Below the pieces are notes generated by a model. That model did no database searches. It had not been told where the DNA came from and saw only the letters and a program-made list of their open reading frames with translations. A program made the translations under genes and the position numbers. From a virus, in IMG/VR virus record IMGVR_UViG_3300012983_001730: a stretch of DNA of 13,375 bases, one strand, 5' to 3'. How positions within the stretch are numbered: the stretch's first letter is position 1; each line of letters starts with the position of its first letter. Below are positions 6,556-12,323 of this stretch, piece by piece.

Positions 6556-7347
6556 TTAGAAATGCCAATGATAATTGTCGTTACGACCTTCGGCGCGAGG
6601 GCCAGGCAAGTTAATGCATTTCTTGTGTTCATTTCTTGCGTGACGCTGGCTCATATTGCGCCAAGTGTCGACGTCCGGGATAATGTCCAGAAGCAGATAA
6701 TCATCAATCTGGTCATAGGTTACGCCCATATTATCCTCGTCAGTCTGACCAGTCATACCATCCGCAGGCGCCTTATCAACCAGGTGACGAGGAATCTCCT
6801 TCATTGCACGACCCATCATGAGAACTTCACGAACAGTCAGCTCCTGGAATAGATGGAAGTCGCCGGCGAGATCGCCATACTTGGTGGTGTAACCAATCCA
6901 ACCCTCGGACCAGTTACCAGTATTGACTACACGACCTCCATAAATTGCTGCGATAGCATATAGAGTTACCATACGCATACGAGCAGGAACATTTGTACGA
7001 ACAGCAGGAATTTCGCAATCGCCGCGACCTACGCAGCCATAAAATGCATCAACTGCAGGCTCGATATTGATTTCATCATACTTGATACCAAGAGCCTCGC
7101 AGACTTCATAGGAATGCGCGATGTCTGCCTGAGTGCCACAAGGCATCAATACGCCGTGAACCCTGTCTGCGCCCAGTGCTCGGACAAGCAGGGCGGCCGC
7201 AATTGTAGAATCTTTACCACCGGAAATACCGATGATAGCCTTGGTCTCAGGACCAGCATTTTTCACGAAATATTTACGAATCCACTCAACAGTGTACTCA
7301 ATCTGATATTTGGGGTCAAATTCCCACTTTCTCTTATCCTTACCCAT
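6556..7347 (-). CDS. nadE: NH3-dependent NAD+ synthetase (NadE, PP-loop ATP pyrophosphatase).
   Basis: PP-loop GISGGKDS is present. The length (263 aa) and overall pattern match single-domain NadE. The ribosome-binding site GGAGGA is 8 nt upstream of the ATG at 7347. The stop of the macrodomain gene is 1 nt upstream. Confidence 0.85.
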   Translation of the reverse strand: MGKDKRKWEFDPKYQIEYTVEWIRKYFVKNAGPETKAIIGISGGKDSTIAAALLVRALGADRVHGVLMPCGTQADIAHSYEVCEALGIKYDEINIEPAVDAFYGCVGRGDCEIPAVRTNVPARMRMVTLYAIAAIYGGRVVNTGNWSEGWIGYTTKYGDLAGDFHLFQELTVREVLMMGRAMKEIPRHLVDKAPADGMTGQTDEDNMGVTYDQIDDYLLLDIIPDVDTWRNMSQRHARNEHKKCINLPGPRAEGRNDNYHWHF

Positions 7348-7348
7348 T

Positions 7349-7852
7349 TCACTTTCCTCCGTTATAATGAACGATATAGACTACATAGTCTTCATCAAAA
7401 ACTTCTCGAATCATAGCTTCGATTACATTCCAGTTTGCGCCACCACGGTCACAGCCAATCAGATAAGGAAAACCGATTGTAGAACCTTTAGGAAGAACCT
7501 GCTTAAGATTGTTCAAACAAATCCAAAACGCATCATAGGAAGTGTAACGCTTGCCATCATAACCATAGTTATTCTGTGCAAACATATTGCAGACATGCTG
7601 ATGTTTAATGTCTTTCATAAAGTCCTCATACAGAGGAACGAGCTGAACATCACCGAGCATCATATTGACACCAGTTGTTACCATTGCATCATATTTTGCT
7701 CGATATGCGTCATAAACTTGCGGATAGGTATCGCGAATCTGCTTCGCGATACCAGACGCCATTTTGCCCTGACAATTCACCTGATGGCAAATCACATCAA
7801 GATTCATGTCTTTCTGTACTTTGAGTAAGTCACCAGGCATATGAACTATCAT
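7349..7852 (-). CDS. Macrodomain protein of the TARG1/OARD1/DarG-like class (ADP-ribose binding, de-ADP-ribosylation or O-acyl-ADP-ribose deacylase).
   Basis: PGDLLKVQKDMNLDVICHQVNCQGKMASGIAKQIRDTYP parallels the TARG1 N-terminal signature GDLF…D…HC.S.D..MG.GIA..F. I took the start at the third ATG (7852), which gives GGAGGT-6 nt-ATG and a TAATG overlap with the nadV stop. The ORF-track start at 7858 has a ribosome-binding site too close. Confidence 0.7.
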   Translation of the reverse strand: MIVHMPGDLLKVQKDMNLDVICHQVNCQGKMASGIAKQIRDTYPQVYDAYRAKYDAMVTTGVNMMLGDVQLVPLYEDFMKDIKHQHVCNMFAQNNYGYDGKRYTSYDAFWICLNNLKQVLPKGSTIGFPYLIGCDRGGANWNVIEAMIREVFDEDYVVYIVHYNGGK

Positions 7853-9324
7853 TAGCATACCTCCGGATAAAGATTTGCACGAATCTGCTGGAAAGTCTGC
7901 AGATTGTAGTACTGACCATCCTTGTAGATAGTCTTCATAACAGTGAGATTGTCACCAACCCACTCAGAGAAACCATCAATGCACTCGAAAGTGCCATCGG
8001 GATGCTTCTGAACCATGCAGCAACCCTTCTGAGACTTCTTCAGTCCACCAACGTCGGTCTTAGGGTCCTTGTAGATAGGAACTTCCTTGCCACCGAAGAC
8101 ACCATAGGTAGCCTTCATAGCCATACCCCAAGTATCACGAGTCAGAACAGTGAACTTGTTATCCGGGCTGAACAGAGCGTGGAAGCAGAAGGCGCCAACG
8201 CCGAAGACCACATTAGTAGAAGCAAAGCCCAGCTTTTCGAGGGACTCATAAATCTGCTCAACGCGATTCAGAGTGCAGCCATCACCGTAAATCAGACCAA
8301 TGTGAGGGTCAAGAACCTTATAGCCAGCGGCATTGATAGTGCCACCGAAAACATCCCACAGCTTCTGAATAGTGCCAACGGAGATAGCAACCATGTCGCC
8401 GGAGTCAGGACGAATGAGCAGCTTGCCATTGTGGGCGAGAATTTCGTCCTTGCAAGCAGGGATAATATTGTTTACCATATTCCAGTAGTCATAGGTATCA
8501 GATACCATAGAGAAACTGGTGTTAGGATAGATTTCAGTCAACATACGCTTTACGAAAGTGATTTCATCGCCGTCGATCGCGTAGTTAGCAGCCATAACAG
8601 AGTGCTCAGTAGAAACGGCACCAACGCCAATCTTGTGCTCTGCACAATTAGCATAGTAGTACTCGTCCAAATAAGGTAGAGCAGGAATAGTGGAAGTCTT
8701 ATTGAAAGACAGGAGCCAAGAAGCAGAGCAACGAGTTGCATCTTCCAGGCAGCTCATACCACGGAAACCGAAGTCAGCCATTGCCATATAAGGGTCGGCG
8801 CCAGGAGCAGTCTGAGAGTAGAACTTCTCAGCAACCTTGTGATATTCCCAACCTACGGTCGCATATGCGCACATAGGCCACACTTCAGTCTGGAGCAGGC
8901 ACTCAAGCCACTGAATGACCCAAGCGAAACGAGGGTGAGTATTGCGCATCTCAACCAGAGGAATTCCCATATTGATTACAGAACCCTCGGGAATTGCGCG
9001 GATTTCTACAGGCAGGTAGCCCAGTTCATGTAGTTCGATGATACGGTCTCGCGCCACATTGCCAAGACCAAGGTGGGCATCGATGTAATGGTCATATTCA
9101 TACATAACCTGTTCGATGGTTTCATAGAAGAACTCTTCAAAGCCCTTCTGCATATCCATAATGAAAGGCTGAATACCATAAACAACCATCTTAGGGAAGT
9201 TGTCATTCATTGCCTTTCGAGCAGTCAGATAAGATACCAGATACTCCTGGTTATCGGGATACATCAGAGGGTGGCACTGCTTATAAGAGTCACTGTACAG
9301 CATAATCATCTTACGAAAATTCAT
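7852..9324 (-). CDS. nadV: Nicotinamide phosphoribosyltransferase (NAMPT / NadV family).
   Basis: LYSDSYK N-terminal motif; FGFRGMS; MVSDTYDYWN; LLIRPDSGD; GYKVLDPHIGLIYGDG; KDPKTDVGGLKKSQKG. These align position by position with human/bacterial NAMPT (VVSDSYDIYN, LIIRPDSGNP, GYKLLPPYLRVIQGDG, KDPVADPNKRSKKG). The ribosome-binding site AAAGGAGAT is present. Confidence 0.9.
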   Translation of the reverse strand: MNFRKMIMLYSDSYKQCHPLMYPDNQEYLVSYLTARKAMNDNFPKMVVYGIQPFIMDMQKGFEEFFYETIEQVMYEYDHYIDAHLGLGNVARDRIIELHELGYLPVEIRAIPEGSVINMGIPLVEMRNTHPRFAWVIQWLECLLQTEVWPMCAYATVGWEYHKVAEKFYSQTAPGADPYMAMADFGFRGMSCLEDATRCSASWLLSFNKTSTIPALPYLDEYYYANCAEHKIGVGAVSTEHSVMAANYAIDGDEITFVKRMLTEIYPNTSFSMVSDTYDYWNMVNNIIPACKDEILAHNGKLLIRPDSGDMVAISVGTIQKLWDVFGGTINAAGYKVLDPHIGLIYGDGCTLNRVEQIYESLEKLGFASTNVVFGVGAFCFHALFSPDNKFTVLTRDTWGMAMKATYGVFGGKEVPIYKDPKTDVGGLKKSQKGCCMVQKHPDGTFECIDGFSEWVGDNLTVMKTIYKDGQYYNLQTFQQIRANLYPEVC

Positions 9325-9342
9325 ATCTTAAATCTCCTTTTC

Positions 9343-9879
9343 TTATTCAAAATCGCCTTTGATATCAACTTCAATGTCATTCGGAATAATATCCGCTGCG
9401 CCTTGAACTTCTTCAAAGACGCGATTTAAGTAGCCGTCAATTGCAGCTTCGAATTCAGATTCTGTACAATCTTCTGAAACTCCAACTTCACTCGGCTCAA
9501 AAGTGAATAGATAAGTTACTGACACATAGGCTTGTTTCTTCATCTTAGGCTTCCTTTCTGCATGACCGCAGGTAGCAACTGCTTCGGCATCGCCAGGACA
9601 TCTCTGAGTGCCGCAACGACTACAAAATTCCTTTTGAAAATATTCAATCATATGAGGTTGAAGAATATATTGCTTTTTGCCATCAACCCATTTCCAAAAG
9701 AAGCGACCAGAGCGAGGATAGCAGAAATTGGGATTTTCAAAATCCGCTTTTACATTGGACTGTGCTACTGGTAAACCGGGTGACCACGGCCACCAACCAA
9801 TAGGCACGAAATCAATTCCATCAGCTTCTGGGCATTTCGCCCATTCTTTCTCCCAAAATTCATTCATTGTATACACCAT
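9343..9879 (-). CDS. Hypothetical Trp/Cys-rich protein (178 aa) co-transcribed immediately upstream of nadV.
   Basis: The ORF is clean. The N-terminal half is Trp-rich (WEKEW, GWWPWSPG, FFWKW). A Cys cluster CSRCGTQRCPGD…CGHAE suggests metal binding. I recognise no family. There is a weak ribosome-binding site (AAGGAAAG). Confidence 0.6.
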   Translation of the reverse strand: MVYTMNEFWEKEWAKCPEADGIDFVPIGWWPWSPGLPVAQSNVKADFENPNFCYPRSGRFFWKWVDGKKQYILQPHMIEYFQKEFCSRCGTQRCPGDAEAVATCGHAERKPKMKKQAYVSVTYLFTFEPSEVGVSEDCTESEFEAAIDGYLNRVFEEVQGAADIIPNDIEVDIKGDFE

Positions 9880-10048
9880 TCTTTCCTTCTTTGTAGTACC
9901 CAGCGCATCTCAACTTGCTGAGAGGGACGGGTTTATGGTCTGAGAAATATAAGGTTCCCTTATCAGACACTCTATACTTGGCTACCTCTTGGGTGCCATC
10001 TTTGTAAATTAACAATAACTTTTTGCCTTTAATAAAGTGCTGATGCAT
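9860..10048 (-). CDS. Small hypothetical protein (62 aa), leader gene of the nadV operon.
   Basis: Good ribosome-binding site (AAAGGAGAAAAGCC-ATG). It lies ~38 nt downstream of the predicted transcription start site of the promoter at 10099-10127. It overlaps the next gene's start by 20 nt in another frame. Confidence 0.45.
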   Translation of the reverse strand: MHQHFIKGKKLLLIYKDGTQEVAKYRVSDKGTLYFSDHKPVPLSKLRCAGYYKEGKNGVYNE

Positions 10049-10098
10049 GGCTTTTCTCCTTTTCTCTTGTTTTTTCTCTTTCCTTACTTTCTATATAT

Positions 10099-10127
10099 AT
10101 TATAACATATTTTTATTAAAAAATCAA
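10099..10127 (-). promoter_or_regulatory. Copy 3 of the conserved promoter cassette (TTGATT-17 nt-TGT-TATAAT).
   Basis: TTGATT at 10127..10122 and TATAAT at 10104..10099. It is followed by ATATATATA and an AAGTAAGGAAAG leader. It is fused to the terminator at 10120-10152. Confidence 0.65.
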
Positions 10128-10152
10128 AGAAGCCCTATTTGCATAGGGCTTC
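10120..10152 (-). terminator. Rho-independent terminator after the lipoprotein gene.
   Basis: Perfect 10-bp stem GAAGCCCTAT (10129-10138) / ATAGGGCTTC (10143-10152) with loop TTGC. On the minus strand it is followed by TTTGATTTTTT. Confidence 0.7.
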
Positions 10153-10164
10153 TCTATCTTTTCT

Positions 10165-10680
10165 TTATTCAAAAGTAATGGACAGCTCGTCCGTACGATA
10201 GAGCTCATTCCAATCAGCGTCATAAATTGCCAATTTAAAGGCAATTTTATCAATGCTTTCTGTAATGTTATTGCGGTCAAGGTCTTCCTTCATAAACGAG
10301 AAGGTTTCATTTGCCTTTTTACCTTCCGCAATTTCAATCGTGAAATAAGGGTCAATCATACAGTCATTAACCGAAGTCTCGACCATGGCAACATAGATTG
10401 TCTTATCTGTTGGGTTTTCAACATAAACATCAACAGTATAAGCATCCCAGAAGTCGTCACGATAAGGTTTACTTGTTACTTTGAAGATGACACGGTCATT
10501 AGAAACCAAAGTAACAGGATTAAAAACGACTTCGTCCACAGCAGTCTCATCCTCGGAAGGGTCAACAGTTTCGGAAATCGAAGTGTCCGGCTCGGTTGTG
10601 TCAGGAGCAGGGTCGCCCGCACAGGCAACCAAGCTGAAACACATACACAGAGCCAAAATCAAAGCCAAAAACTTTTTCAT
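10165..10680 (-). CDS. Secreted lipoprotein (signal peptide plus lipobox LVAC), function unknown.
   Basis: MKKFLALILALCMCFSLVAC-AG is a classic type II signal peptide with Cys20. The following segment is acidic and Thr/Pro-rich, then there is a beta-rich domain. Confidence 0.75.
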   Translation of the reverse strand: MKKFLALILALCMCFSLVACAGDPAPDTTEPDTSISETVDPSEDETAVDEVVFNPVTLVSNDRVIFKVTSKPYRDDFWDAYTVDVYVENPTDKTIYVAMVETSVNDCMIDPYFTIEIAEGKKANETFSFMKEDLDRNNITESIDKIAFKLAIYDADWNELYRTDELSITFE

Positions 10681-10697
10681 TTGGTTCAGTTCCTTTC

Positions 10698-11471
10698 TTA
10701 AATAATCTCAATCAGTTCATTCTGAGCATTTCCAGGGAAGATGCTATTGGTAGTGAAAATCTTCTCTACCAGACCAGAATTCACCAAATCTCCATTGAAA
10801 ATAGTCATCTCACAGTGAGTGACATAGAGATAAACCTTTGCTGCGCCAGCGTCCTTGAGAGCCTTAGCAGTATGGTAGAAAGTGCCACCACGAGAGCAGA
10901 TATCGTCAACAATCAGAACATTCTTGCCAACAACTACATCGGGATGCATGAGGTCCAGACCCTCAATCTTACCATCTGCCCAATTACGACGCTTCACGCC
11001 GAAGGAATAAGGCTTGCTGACCATACCAGAGTAGCGCTTCATTGCGCCCTCGTCAGGGTAGCACATAACCAGATTTTCGTCTGCAATCTTCTCAATTACA
11101 GTTTCGATATGGGCCTGCGCAGATACAACCTGCACATTATCCAGAAGAGCCTCGCACACATTGGAATGAGGGTCTTCGATGTACACAGCAGCAAATCCCA
11201 GGTCATTGATGGTTTCGCAGAAATACTTCAGCGTAAACACATCAGTAGGAGCCTTAACCCGGTCCATACGAGCATGAGGGCAGTAAGGCATATACAGGCT
11301 CAGAGGAAGGTGCTGATAATGCTTGCGGATGCAGATGATGGTAAACAGCTCGGCATCATTCTCATAGTTCCAGATTACCAGACCGTTTTCCAGCTGCTCT
11401 GGCAGATGCATGAGCAGAGTATTGTCGGGATAAGAAAGCTGGTCAATTACAACATTTCCAATTCGAATCAT
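10698..11471 (-). CDS. prs: Ribose-phosphate pyrophosphokinase-like protein (Prs / PRPP synthetase family), a short divergent form. It could be the Adps-type ADPR pyrophosphokinase of the NARP1 pathway.
   Basis: The PRPP-binding loop VLIVDDICSRGGTF is present. MPYCPHARMDR matches the Prs IPYFGYARQDR pattern, and EDPHS matches the VDLHA region. At 257 aa it is ~60 aa shorter than canonical Prs. The ribosome-binding site AAAGGAGAAG is present. Confidence 0.8.
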   Translation of the reverse strand: MIRIGNVVIDQLSYPDNTLLMHLPEQLENGLVIWNYENDAELFTIICIRKHYQHLPLSLYMPYCPHARMDRVKAPTDVFTLKYFCETINDLGFAAVYIEDPHSNVCEALLDNVQVVSAQAHIETVIEKIADENLVMCYPDEGAMKRYSGMVSKPYSFGVKRRNWADGKIEGLDLMHPDVVVGKNVLIVDDICSRGGTFYHTAKALKDAGAAKVYLYVTHCEMTIFNGDLVNSGLVEKIFTTNSIFPGNAQNELIEII

Positions 11472-11472
11472 A

Positions 11473-11661
11473 TTACTTCTCCTTTATCAATCTACTATAA
11501 ACTTCTTCGATTCGGTCGCTATCTTCCCATCCCATCTGCCTATATGCAGCCAATCTCAATATTGCACAATACTTTTTGAAATTTTGCTTTGCATATATGA
11601 AGAGGGATGGGGAGTAAGGAATATCGTTTTGCTTTAGAAAAGCAATTTGTTCATCATTCAT
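11473..11661 (-). CDS. Small hypothetical protein (62 aa), translationally coupled between pncA-like and prs-like.
   Basis: ATGAATGA overlap with the upstream stop. TAAT-ATG junction with the downstream start. I recognise no domain. Confidence 0.5.
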   Translation of the reverse strand: MNDEQIAFLKQNDIPYSPSLFIYAKQNFKKYCAILRLAAYRQMGWEDSDRIEEVYSRLIKEK

Positions 11662-12226
11662 TGATAACCTTAATCTGGCAAGACTTCATAGTTTCCAGAG
11701 CTGCCAGATGACGCTCGGGAGTAACACCGGCGCAGCAACTTGCGTCAACAGTTACCTGCACTTCAGGACAGTAAGCCTTAATCAGCATCGCATTGGAAAC
11801 AACGCAGATATCGGTGCAAACGCCCATGAGGATAACCTCGTCGATAGGATTGTCGGGGAGAATGTCGCGGATAATTTCAGCCAGGCGAATAGAACCAAAG
11901 GTATTCTTGAGAACGCGGCTCTTCATAATGTCCTTAGCAGAGTAGAAGCAGAAATTGCTACCATAGTCCACAACGCTGGAAATCTGCTTATTGATGCTCC
12001 AGCCCGGGGTGCCCTCGATACAGTGGGGAACAGGCAGGTTCTTACCCTCCTGGGTATCCATATAGTCAGCGTAATGGGTGTCCTTGGTGAACATAATCAG
12101 ATTGTCACCGGCGTTCAGTTCTTTCAGACGCTCCACCATTACAGGAACGATTGCCTGAGCCTCAGGACTGCCTAGAGCGCCGTCGATGAAATCATTCTGC
12201 ATATCAACTACAACAATAACTTTCAT
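11654..12226 (-). CDS. pncA: Nicotinamidase/pyrazinamidase PncA (isochorismatase-family cysteine hydrolase).
   Basis: VIVVVDMQNDF (catalytic Asp). TKDTHY…PVPHCIEGTPGW parallels the M. tuberculosis PncA metal site TKDFH…PPHCVSGTPGADF. The catalytic Cys is in GVCTDICV. The ribosome-binding site AAAGGAG is present. Confidence 0.8.
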   Translation of the reverse strand: MKVIVVVDMQNDFIDGALGSPEAQAIVPVMVERLKELNAGDNLIMFTKDTHYADYMDTQEGKNLPVPHCIEGTPGWSINKQISSVVDYGSNFCFYSAKDIMKSRVLKNTFGSIRLAEIIRDILPDNPIDEVILMGVCTDICVVSNAMLIKAYCPEVQVTVDASCCAGVTPERHLAALETMKSCQIKVINE

Positions 12227-12260
12227 AAGGTATTAACTCCTTTTCTTACTTTATATATAT

Positions 12261-12289
12261 ATTATAACATATATTTTATAAAAAATCAA
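12261..12289 (-). promoter_or_regulatory. Copy 4 of the conserved promoter cassette (TTGATT-17 nt-TGT-TATAAT).
   Basis: TTGATT at 12289..12284 and TATAAT at 12266..12261. It is followed by ATATATATA and an AAAGTAAGAAAAGGAG leader. It is fused to the terminator at 12280-12311. Confidence 0.65.
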
Positions 12290-12311
12290 GGGCGAGGTTT
12301 TACCCTCGCCC
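12280..12311 (-). terminator. Rho-independent terminator after the right-edge coiled-coil gene.
   Basis: Perfect 8-bp GC-rich stem GGGCGAGG (12290-12297) / CCTCGCCC (12304-12311) with loop TTTTAC. On the minus strand it is followed by TTGATTTTTT. Confidence 0.7.
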
Positions 12312-12323
12312 TCTATCTATCTC

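Noticed and set aside
8002-8679. 225-aa plus-strand ORF inside nadV. Similar antisense ORFs lie inside nadE (6562-6852, 7114-7416), the macrodomain gene (7310-7828), the PPP gene (5832-6446), prs (10815-11579), pncA (11708-12175), phoH (469-699, 923-1249, 1209-1484) and the right-edge gene (12607-12960).
   Set aside because: All lie opposite genes whose products match known enzyme families motif-for-motif. None has a ribosome-binding site or promoter, and all transcription signals in the window are minus-strand.
7852-9324. Alternative assignment of the 490-aa phosphoribosyltransferase as PncB (nicotinate PRTase) to complete a Preiss-Handler route with pncA and nadE.
   Set aside because: Multiple segments align specifically with NAMPT/NadV (FGxRG, VSDxYD, LIIRPDSG, KDPxxDxxKxSKKG) rather than PncB. 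The pathway oddity is reported as a finding instead of being fixed by renaming the gene.
9343-9879. Calling the Trp/Cys-rich 178-aa protein an NMN adenylyltransferase.
   Set aside because: There is no GxFxPxH/T-x-G-H nucleotidyltransferase motif. The only H-containing candidate (TCGHAE) is in the wrong context. It is left as an unknown protein with the hypothesis flagged, not asserted.
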